Of a stretch of DNA of 64,000 bases, positions 53,198-64,000 are shown in pieces (the first letter of the stretch is position 1; every line of letters starts with the position of its first letter). A model generated the notes under the pieces. The model was not told where the DNA came from. It did no database searches and worked only from the letters and a program-made list of their open reading frames with translations. Made by a program: the position numbers and the translations under genes. Location of the stretch: positions 52,948,001 to 53,012,000 of the forward strand of contig OZ024745.1 in the NCBI GenBank assembly GCA_964016885.1. The letters are read 5' to 3'. The stretch is from Eledone cirrhosa. Its lineage: Eukaryota.

Positions 53198-56100
53198 GTG
53201 TGTGTATATATATATGTGTGAGTGTGTGTGTGTGTAGATATATATATGTGTGTGTGTGTGTGTATACTGAGAGAGAAAGATACACGTACATTTTAAGACA
53301 ATTCTATAAAAGTCTGCACATATGCTCCTCTTCTCTCTACCCTACACCAGCACTCTTACATTGTATGTGCTTCGAAACATACTATTTAAATTAGCAGAGA
53401 ATCAAGCCTATGTATGTATCGGATCTTTTCTTTGATAGATGTGTGTACGTGTGTTTCACGTATATATTTACCCAAACACTGATGATATGCACTCATAATA
53501 AGCGTAAGTTTGTATAAGTGCCGGTGTAATTTTATATCCTTTTACAAAGATATATATGCCTGTGTTTGCGTGTGTATCTTTGTATAACAGTTGAACATGT
53601 TTTCCTCTTCTACTTCCCTTTCTACACATTCTGGCATAATGGCTTCAAAAGCGAGCAATTTATGTAAAATTTAAACCTCTGAGGTCAAATATTAACCACG
53701 GTGCCAAGTTATATCCAATGGACATCATATCACATATCAATGCCACCAAAAGCACGAAAGACGTTAAAATGGAACGCATTAAAATAATATGGAAATGAGA
53801 TCAATGTGTGAATTGTCAAAGAAAAAATAAAATGTCTAAATACAGGAGAAAAAATATTTATTTGCTAGCTGTTTATTTTATTTTATTTGTGCGATGTTTT
53901 TCAATTTATACCACACTGTTTGTTTTATTTATAATTGTGTTGCATTTTATTGCGCGTCTTCACTATATTTTTATATTCATTTATTGTTTACTTTTAGAAT
54001 TTTTCTTTATACATTTTTCTTTGTTCATTTTTTTTTTTATATAGTCAATTATAACCTATGTTATGGTTTAGCAAACTTTATGAAATTTTCTAAACGCATG
54101 TTGTTTTTTCATTGTAAAAACTTTAAATTATTCCTAGTATTTGCTTTAACTAGCCCTGTTCGCACAAAAATGTAACATTTATATCGATGGGATGGAAAAG
54201 CTGAGCATAGAAGCACAAATTTAAATTTTGTAAATTGTTATATATGACGTTTTAATGTTCTACTAATTATGACTTTCGTGTCTATATCGAATTTTCCCAG
54301 CAATTGCTTTTATAATCTGGCATTTTTCTCCCACAGACGTGCAACTGCTTTAGCACAATTCATAGAACAATTTGACAGGAGATTTGACGTGAAATCCTAC
54401 ACTTTTTCTCTAATTATTATCTATAATTATTGCATCAAACAGCATGAAGAGATATCACAAATGCTAGTGCTAGGTCAATGTTTTAGTATTCTATTTACTA
54501 AATCAAATGGATAGAAATTTCCATTAATAAATTCTATGTCGATAAAATTGTCAAACCGGCAGAAACACACTGGCATAGATACATATATGTATAATACTCT
54601 CTGGTAAAGCAAACCAATAATTATATATTCAGAAACATTCCCATCATAAAATTATTGTTATGATTTTTATGATTCTTAGTAATTACAACAAATTCAAAAA
54701 CTACTGGTGTTAGTTTTACTCCTATACCTATTGTTTCTATGAAAGTTAGTTTTAAGTGTAATATATATTCTCCAATTTTATATTACAATCTGTGCAATAT
54801 CTTTTGTTTCGTGGTTGACTTACTTTGCATTATATTGTAATTTCTTTTAATGTCATCTAAGACTTTCGTCCCTTTTTCAGTGAGAGAAAGACATACTTTA
54901 CTGGCGTGGGGTGTACATTGCATAGAAACTATTCTCTCATGGAAAAGACGTGACAGGAATCACATAACATTAACTATAAAAACAAAAACGGTAAAAGAAT
55001 AAGAACAAAAATAAAAGTCAATAAGAAACAAATGGTTGTTTCATTGATTCTGCTGGTATGAAATGCCAAATCGATTGGGATAGAATTTAATCTCACCACA
55101 ATAAACCAACGCACTGAAAACTGTAAATTACGTATTTGGGGCCAAGACTATCACTATTTATTATTTAAAGAGTCTACACTAAGCATCCCCATAAAGGTGA
55201 GTAAAGGAAAAGTAACAGCAGCAGAACTAAAAATGATTCTTATCTACATAGGGAAATGTTATTTTTGTGAGTTATTTTTTAGCATAACTGAATTATTAAT
55301 GTCTTCTCAGTGGTTTCATGCAAATCATGCGAACTTTTTCACTGTAACACGAGAAAGATAACTGTATTGCATATATAGTGACAACATTATTTTCTTTTGT
55401 TTTTCATGTGTGGTTAATGTGGCTGTTGTTCTTTGACCAGAGATAGAACAGAGCCGAGCAGACTTCAGATCAAATCTAGGAAAACACGCTTGAATATCCA
55501 ATTTTACAGATTACCTTGTGTAGTGTATATGTTAAGACAATAGAGATGAGATTTAGAGGTTTGTTGTATTTTTATCAAGCAAACCTATAATACGATGCAT
55601 TCTTCCCATGACCATTCTCTTCTTTTCCTGTGACACATGGAGGCCTGCGTCCTATTACCCAGGGTAGTATGATATTTTGGGGAAATGTTACTGCTATTTC
55701 TAGCAGATTAAGCGACTATGTATTAGCTCCCTCTATCATTGAATAACTGCGATAGTGAATTTCGCTTACGCATTGTATGAGAATTGTCTCGTTATCATTG
55801 AAATATCTAACTTTTAGTTGATCTACTTCAAATAGAATATAAACTAATAAAAGTGAGATGTCCATCTGACCATTCCTGCTGCATTTATATATATCATTTG
55901 TTCACATTCACGATTGAAGAGATCATGTAAACATGCTAATCTTTTTCCACGCGATAACACAGCATACATTTTAAGGTGTTGATTTAAGAGTGTCATTAGA
56001 TTACCCTTATAGTATACGTTCCAACTTTCTAGGATCCAAATTCAAAATAGATTTTTCTTTCTCTATAAAATAAATTCGCTGCAGTCACCTCCGAGAGGTA

Positions 56101-56899
56101 TTGTTTCCACAAAGTTTAAATGCTCAAGACTCCATGAGTTGAGAGGTCATGGAAATAAGGAAGCACTTGCATGCATTTGGTACTAATGTATGGATACCTA
56201 TCAAAGTTGATTCAAATAGTACATAGGATTATTTGATAAGCCATTACTAAGTTAGTAGATTAGCAAAAACGTTCAAGTCTCAGATAAATACTTTATGGTG
56301 TCTGATTAATTTCATAATGTTTCGAGTCGAAATTTCCTTATGTCATATGTCAATTATTCGTCCCGTTTTAATATCTGGTCTTATTTCTATGTAATAACCC
56401 GTATCATATGCTACAGGAGCAATTCAAATAGAAGAGAGTGAGATGCCACTTTATGAGAGTCGAGCATGATACCACAAAAGATTGCCATTCATCTGCTTAA
56501 ATTGTTGAGTACAATAAATCATTTTATCGAGATTAAATAACTAAATTATCACTGCATTGAAGCTCAATATGTGACACATTAATTCGGTAGGCAAGAGATA
56601 TATTATTGAAGACCAAGGAGATTGTGTATGGGTTTAGGTCCCAAATTATCAGTTAATTTATTTTTACTTGACGCCGACGCTAACTTGATATTAGACTGGC
56701 AAATGGGATAAATAGTGTGAAGGAAGAGAACGTTTTCGTGACTGCCTTCCCACTGACGATTTTCAGTTATTTTATAGAACCCCCTCTCATTTTTTTTAGA
56801 ACTGTATAAATTCACATAAATATTTTGCTTCGCGTATACAGTTTTACATATTCATGTATATTTATATTTGCTCCGATTAATTATAAATTCGTTCATTAT

Positions 56900-57400
56900 A
56901 TTATTATTATTCTGCTTCGCTCATTATTCCTGGGTGCATCGCGGGGCCGGAGACTTCAAGCACACCTTCCAGCGTGTCCTATCAGAAGGAACCATCTCCA
57001 ATGGCCGCGGTTAGATCCCCGAGCACAGCAGCCGAGCCCATGGATTTTAGCCAACAATCTTGTTCGGAGTCTACCCCTGGGTCTATTGCTGTTTTGTTTT
57101 GCCGTAAAATCTGTGCATAGATTCTTTCCTGAATCATTCTGGCCATATGTTCGTACTATCGGAGCTATGATCTTTCAATTCGAAGATGTAGCGCGTCAAC
57201 CTGGAACATCTCTCTGATTTTCGAGCAACGCGGTCTATAGAATAATGAATCTCCAAAGAACTTTCAAAAGAACCCCATCTGTTGCACTCACATAGAAGCA
57301 TGAATGGCAGTATTAACAGAAATATACACCAATCGTTGGAAAGATGGTACTGAAACACTTCATATACTTCCACTGATGGTAAGACATTTTAGGGAGTCCT
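56900..57400 (-). mobile_element. Decayed RTE-type LINE 3' end
   Basis: ERS.LR.YEHMARMIQER...NRPRGRLRTR resembles LRW.GH..RM...RPRGRP; ends in (TAA)n. Confidence 0.7.
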
Positions 57401-59306
57401 CTGTCACCCTCTCTCTCCTCTCTCACTCTCTCTCTCTCTCCCTCTCCCTATATGTATATAGAGATGCATAAATAGATATCAATATATTTGTAAATCATTT
57501 TTTAAATGCAATATACCCAAATAAACGTCAAGTTACATGTTGGCCTGAATGCATTTCTCAGAAGAAATGTGATTGATCTTCATAAACCCCTACACTATAT
57601 ATACGATAGCTCACTATATTGTAAATCTGTACAAATGCCTAGGTACATGCTTACGTGGGAATATATCTGTTATTCAGTGTGTAAATTACATAATATATTA
57701 ATATATATCTCCCAGCATTTATTTAAAGATGCATACAATCAACCATCATCTCCTGACAATTTAGTTATTTCAATGGAATCAGAACGAGAAGAAGTTAGCC
57801 TGAACTAAAATATACACCAATATAAGATCAGAAGAATATCGTTTGCGATTGCCAGTGAAAGGACAGAATCACTGTTATAAATAACATATCATGTATCGTC
57901 AGTGATAGTAGCTTATATTTTCATGTCCTTCCTTATATCCCATTCATGTTCTGACAAACACCATTGATTTATTGGCATTTTTCGTAACTGGAAGCAACTG
58001 TCTCTGGGATATTTTTTCTTCGTTTGTTTTCATATTTTCTTTCTTTCTACACTTCTCATTACTCAGAAATATTGTGTAGAGATACCTAAATATAGACGAT
58101 TATCATAACATTGGTTTATGTAGAGATGTTGTGAGTGTGTGCGCGCGTGTTTCTCTCCGTGAATGTATGTGGCTATTATGAAGAGATGAATGTGCGATTG
58201 AGAATATGCATGTGCGTGTCAGGGAACATTAGGCTCCAAGTGTGATTATGTAAATGTGTATACCTGTGAATGTGTTTGTTAGTTTGTGCGCGTGTAAATG
58301 TTTGAGAATTGTTATATCAGAATTTCATTTGATCAAACAACTCAATTAAAGAGAATCGATCACTAAATATTGCATAAATATCGAATCCGTTCCGTATCAT
58401 ATAATGACTTAATATATATGTAATGTGTATGCTTCTTTGTCACTATGTAATACATAATGTGTATACTAGCTTTTATTATCATTCATAATGTTATTGTACC
58501 TTTAGATTGCTTATTGGCCATCCCATTTTATGGCATATAAAGAGAGGGAGATAAATAGAGAGAGGAATGGACAGAAAATAAAATTGACACGCATATATGC
58601 ACGGCTTTGTGATAAGTTTCTGTGGAAGTATTTGAATGTAGCAACACATACGCGTGCACACACATACAAAAACACACACACACACACACACATACATACA
58701 TACATACATACATACATACATACATACATACATACATACATACATACATACATACATACATGCATATATACAATATATACATTCATATATACAACAAAAT
58801 TGGCTGGGTTAGGAAGTATTGGAAAATTTGAAATTTAAAATTATATTCACCACAACGCAGATAACTATAAAAATAAGTGGTAATATTACGTTATAGTTGA
58901 ATAAACTATGCAATATTCTTCTGGAGACGATTATAATGATTTCGGCATTGTGGCAAATATATTTTCAAATTTTAAATTTTACAATTGTTCGTAAGTTACC
59001 AATCTTATAATACCTCATTCTATTCGATTCCATATTTTAAAAATATGCTAATTTCAGTCATGAAATGGCTGAATGCACTCACCTGGCATATGAGATACTT
59101 ATGGTTAGATTCCTCACAGGGGTTTCTGTCTGATTTACGGAACTATTATTCAAAGATACCGATATAGGCACCATAATACATAGATACCGATGTAATAAAA
59201 TTAGAATAGAAATCTATTCTCGGATCAAAATTATATTGATAAATCAATTTAACCAATATGTTATTTCGTCAAGAAAAGCATCCTTATCAGAAATATATAT
59301 TTTCAA

Positions 59307-59548
59307 ATAATTGTTTCTACTGTTGGCACCAGGCTAGCAATTATCTCAGTGTATTACTGGTACTTTATGTTATCGACCCCGTAAGGATGAAAGGCAAATT
59401 AACCTCGGCGAGATTTGAACTCAGATCGTAAAGGCCCGTAACTCCATGCTTGGCGTCCGACCCTCTAATGATACTGCCAATCCACGACCTATATATTTTC
59501 AAATAATTGTTTCTACTTTAGGCACAAGGCCAGCAATTACCCAGTGCA
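59307..59548 (-). mobile_element. SINE (59307-59489) plus a 3' fragment (59503-59548)
   Basis: Same family; TATATTTTCAAATAATTG is duplicated. Confidence 0.85.
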
Positions 59549-59855
59549 ATAATGAATTCTAGAATGACAGGAAAAGATTAATTTCCTCGATTACTGCTTC
59601 CTCAGTCTGATCCACGACTGCAGCCAATGACAACACAATGGGAAGGTGTGTCACCAGTTCAATAGGATCTGAATCGGCATGTTTCAATGACATTGTGATT
59701 GTTGATTGAAGTGGCCAAGATTTGGCAATTCCTTTAAGAAGTCCGTCTGAATAGTAATATTAGTACCAGTAATTCATTCGGCCACATAATCGAGTGGTAT
59801 ATGCCTATACACATATCTGTAGGGGTCTGTAAAGTAAACTGTATGTTTTGCGGTG

Positions 59856-59916
<61 letters not shown>

Positions 59917-59917
<1 letters not shown>

Positions 59918-60396
59918 CGTTAACATAAATGATAATAAACCAAAATGTAATTGTAGAAATAAAATTGATTGCCCTCTGCAAAATAATTGTTTAGATAGTA
60001 ATTTGGTGTATAAATGCACCGTAAAAACTGATTACAACACATACAACTACATAGAATCGACTTCTTCTACATTTAAATCCAGATTTGCGAACCATAAATG
60101 CTCATTTTCGAACTCCAAGAGGAAATCATCCACTTCTTTATCACAGCTTATATGGTCATTAAAAGAGAAGAATTTAAAATACTCCATTTTTTGGACGAAA
60201 CTTCGGAATAGTGGAATTTACCGCAACTCAAGTATATCAAGTAACTGCGCGCTTTGTACAATGGAGACCCTGTTGATTATTAATAATTATGAGACCTTAA
60301 TTAACAAAAAAAGTGAATTTTTTAGTATTCTCTAATTGCCTTCATAAAGCCTTGTCTACATTTCAAGCCTCCCATAAGACCAGGAAAAAACACTAA
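59917..60396 (+). pseudogene. GIY-YIG endonuclease domain of a Penelope-like element (Naiad-type), 5'-truncated at (TA)n
   Basis: CNCRNKIDCPLQNNCL-LVY..YIE-FKSRFANH-LSQLIWSLK-CALCTME-LINKKSE, then a frameshift to NCLHK. CxCx5C plus the His/Cys pattern match Naiad endonucleases. Confidence 0.85.
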
Positions 60397-60585
60397 GCAA
60401 CTAAACTTAGTTTTTAGACGTACATAATCAACAGTTGAAAACCTTAATGGCCTTTTATAGTGCTTTATCTTATAACTATCTATAAAAGAAATAACGTTTG
60501 AATGAATGACCCTTGTTTAATAATATGCCGACACGTTGATATACATAACATAATATTATTAACTTTGATCCATACCATTATTTCT

Positions 60586-60883
60586 CTATCTTTATTTTTC
60601 TATCTATGTTTTAAATATAGTTCAAATATCCAACCTGTAAATTTTTACAGACCTTATTTTGAACGGTGAATCATTCATGCGTTTACACTCCTTTATTTAT
60701 ATATATGTATGTATTTAACTTTTGTATGTTTTTAAGTATACCTATCTTTATTTTTCTATATATGTTTTAAATATAGTTCAAATATCCAACCTGTAAATTA
60801 TTACGTACCTTATTTTGACCTGTGAATCATTCATGCGTTTACACTCTTTTATATATATGTATGTATTTAACCTTTGCATGTTT
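60586..60883 (+). repeat. 156-bp tandem duplication downstream of the PLE endonuclease
   Basis: CTATCTTTATTTTTCTAT..TCAAATATCCAACCTGTAAATT.. at 60586 and 60742. Confidence 0.9.
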
Positions 60884-61967
60884 GAATCTATTATATAAGA
60901 TTATAAACGTTATCATTTACCAAAAGTATACTGTCTCATTAACACTTAGTATATCTCTCTATACCTAATTTTTTGGCAAATATGTGTATATTGTATAATA
61001 GCAAAATCATATTATTACTTTCGTATATCTCTGCATTTGGTTTTTTACATCTATATGTATAATGTATAATAACTTAATCATAATTACCGTTTCGGTTTAA
61101 CGCTATATATAGTTTGTGCAAATATAGATATATTGTACAATAACATATACATTATTTAGGTTTCATTCCTCTCATGAAGGTAGAACTAATATAGTGATTT
61201 AATATAATATAATAAATATTAATTTATTACGATAAATGCACACATATATGTATATATATATATGGCTGAAAAGCCTGCGTTAATCATTATACTTTAGACA
61301 ACGTATCTACTTGACAATAAATTTTTCGATATTTCTAACAATAAGTACTTCATAAATTTTACATACCGAAAATGATGACACTCTTATAGGTAATTTTTGT
61401 TAAAGATTACTTTTAAGGAAATATTCAACAGTTTATATTTCTCTTTCGCGGGCCTAGTTAATCCTTTAATTTGTTTTCATAAATTCAGAATTTTAGAAAT
61501 GTAACACATTTAAAAAATGTATAGAATCTACAAAATTAATAAATATAAATAACCATCAACTTTTAAAAACTTTAAAATTTGATTCTTCACCCTAAAATAA
61601 TATAAATTAAATATTTTGAAACTTAACCGCTTAGTCCTTAAGGGGAAACAATTTTTTCTCCATAAATTACTCCCCTTTATCTCTCCCTCTCTTTAATCAT
61701 CTATCAGTTGCCTTCATAACCTGTAATAAAATTATAATTCCAGAGACTTCTTCCTCGATAATCATAATTTGTAGTATCCCCCATTTTGAAATCTCTATAA
61801 CTGTTACATTAAAGCAACGTTTTTCTTACTCATACCTTCTCTATTAAATTTATTACGTTTTCACATTTTCTCATTATTAGGGTATAAATGTTGAGTTTTC
61901 TCATAGGTTAATCACTACCTTGATTAAATCTTAACCATTTAACATCTCAGGGTATGTCATGTATCAT

Positions 61968-62022
61968 AATATTTTGTCTGATGAGGACGTACGGGTATAC
62001 CTCTGAAATATGTATAATATTA
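61968..62022 (+). ncRNA. Degenerate family-B-like hammerhead at the probable PLE 3' end
   Basis: ATTTTGT-CTGATGA-GG...CCTCT-GAAA-T-ATGT-A-TA-AT; stems are weak. Confidence 0.55.
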
Positions 62023-62212
62023 ATAACTCTGGAAAATATTTTTCCGTAGAGTGGTTCCAATCTACTGTAAAACTTATTCTTTGATGTACTCATTGAATCT
62101 TGTTTAACTATTTAATATATATGTATATATATATATATATATACTGACCAACAACCGCTCTGCATAATCAGCTCCTGATTATTTACTAGATTTCTATAAG
62201 AATATAACATCA

Positions 62213-62309
62213 TTGATCTCAGTAGACAGGCGGGGTAGTTGGCCTTGATAAGCTTCAACAAAAGCGAAACATGTCATGTCGGCTTATCTCCCCTGTTTGC
62301 TGAGATCAA
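62213..62309 (+). ncRNA. Type I hammerhead with U3-A8 core variant and long stem I
   Basis: TTGATCTCAGTAGACAGG..GCC-TTGATAA-GCTT-CAACAA-AAGC-GAAA-CAT-GTC-ATG-TC^GGC..CCTGTTTGCTGAGATCAA. Confidence 0.8.
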
Positions 62310-62427
62310 AGTGAGTGAATTTGTCACTACTTTAAAACAATAGCTTACGGTCTTCAAAATGCTTTTAATTAAGCATAAAGTGTATTGCAAAATACATTAT
62401 ATATATATTGCTATTTCAGAGCTCCAA

Positions 62428-62518
<91 letters not shown>

Positions 62519-63212
62519 GAGTGAGGTTTCTTTACAAGATGAAAAATAACAGAGGTGTCCTATTGCTGAAAATATAAGGAAAAAAGATTAACTCGAAAAT
62601 GCAACTGGAGTTTTATTTTTTTTTAAATATATATATATATTTATTTGGATCCTTTACCGGTATCGCAGTTCTTCTGCTTTTCAAAAGTAGTGTTGAGATG
62701 GAGGCTCTGTGGTTTTTCTCACATCTGGTTGGTCTTTGAATGTTACTTGTTTCATATGGAAAAAAGTGGCTCGAAACGCCAGGTTTTTAGAGAAGTAATT
62801 TGATTGCTTGGTGAATAAGTATAATAAATTTCGCGCAAGTTCGCGTTACAAAGTTCTTCAAACATATATTAGTGAAGTTTGGTTGGTTGATGCAGTCACC
62901 TGAATAAACACCAGTTTGTTTGAATTTCTTTTTACTTTAAAAAGTGGCTCACGAAGGCTTTTTTTTATAAATGTAATTTGATTGGTTATAAATGAAATTA
63001 TGACTGTCACGTGAACAAGTTTATTAAATTTCGCGCCCGTATTTGGGAATTTATTTTGTAGCCTTTTAGAGAAGTTTATGACAAACAAAAGATAATGGTC
63101 AAGAGAAATGGGATAGGGAGAATTGTCCTGGCTCAGTGAATATGGCTTGTTCGCTGGGGTGTCAGAGTTCAGACTTTCTATTGAAAGTAGAGATATGTGT
63201 GTTTATTTGTGT

Positions 63213-63633
63213 GTATACGTACATACATATATGTATACCGACGTACAGCAGTATGTATATGCATACATACATGCACACATATATATATGTACGTACGGGT
63301 TTACCGAACATTTATTATAATGTTCGGTTTGTTTGTAAACAAACAGCCCGAATTAAGCAGTACAGTGTTCGGCAACCATCGTTGACATTTTGTTCAACAC
63401 TGACAAAGGAACAATGAACTAGTTTCGAGCTTCTTAGCTGTCATCAGCATCGTATACTTTCCTGTCAGATGATTGAACGTTTGAAAGTATATACTTTCCT
63501 TATGCATATTAACGGCTGAGCAGCCTAATTTGCATATCGAGTGAGTTAGTCGGCCGGGCACACCGAAACGGATAAATGGATAAATCAGCCGTAATAAGAG
63601 TGAGAAATGAAATTTCATTGTTTCATTTTTTCC

Positions 63634-63638
<5 letters not shown>
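63213..63638 (-). mobile_element. HHR family J copy with inverted tail; HHR at 63411-63453
   Basis: ACGATG-CTGATGA-CAGCT-AAGA-AGCTC-GAAA-C-TA-G-TT^CATTGT. 63589-63638 is the reverse complement of the unit tail. Confidence 0.9.
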
Positions 63639-63672
<34 letters not shown>

Positions 63673-63675
<3 letters not shown>

Positions 63676-63880
63676 CACCGCAAAAACCTACAGTTTACTT
63701 TACAGACCCTTACAGAATGTAACACTAACATTATTTTTTTCACCTGTATAATACATGCACACATATATATGGTACACAACCAGTATATGCGTGCGTATAT
63801 GTGTATAAGCATATAACCACTCGATTATTCGACCGAATGAATTACTAGTACTGATATTACTATTCAGACGGACTTCTTAA
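63673..63880. repeat. Inverted partner of 59734-59858
   Basis: TTCCACCGCAAAA..TACAGTTTACTTTACAGACCC and ..TATTCAGACGGACTTCTTAA are reverse complements of the left copy, which lacks ~85 bp. Confidence 0.85.
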
Positions 63881-64000
63881 TATATATATATATATATATA
63901 TAAACAAAATTTCGCTCTACCTGACTGAATGCAATAAATGGAATCTTAGTTTTTCGAATATTAATAATAACATTCGATTCGTTTCCAATTATGCATACAA

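Noticed and set aside
60495-60545. SECIS-like ATGA...AA...TGA downstream of the Naiad endonuclease
   Set aside because: The helix pairs poorly and all visible Cys codons are TGT/TGC, with no in-frame UGA.

Overview
AT-rich eukaryotic DNA, probably intronic or intergenic. The dominant tRNA-derived SINE and the very high (TA)n/(CA)n/(CT)n density suggest a cephalopod such as Octopus (inference). I could not support any host protein-coding gene, and most ORFs in the track are microsatellite artefacts. Recognisable elements: a decayed CRE-clade retrotransposon (~6.3-9.2 kb), R4/Dong-like RLE and RT remnants (26.4-29.8 kb), two mariner remnants, two RTE-type remnants, about 15 copies of one SINE, and a 5'-truncated Naiad-type Penelope GIY-YIG endonuclease (59.9-60.4 kb). 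The main hidden signal is a set of short non-coding insertions into (TA)n tracts. Together they carry about 17 type I hammerhead ribozyme (HHR) cores from roughly eight sequence families, including minimal forms with palindromic loop III, a U3-A8 core variant and a repeated CAGAAGA variant. Several families share one architecture: two fixed termini (a short end and a ~65-90 nt tailed end) joined head-to-head at a variable inverted junction, and/or 1.2-2-mer tandem units of 440-660 bp. This fits non-autonomous Penelope-dependent or retrozyme-like elements. All folds were made by eye and none has been tested for activity.
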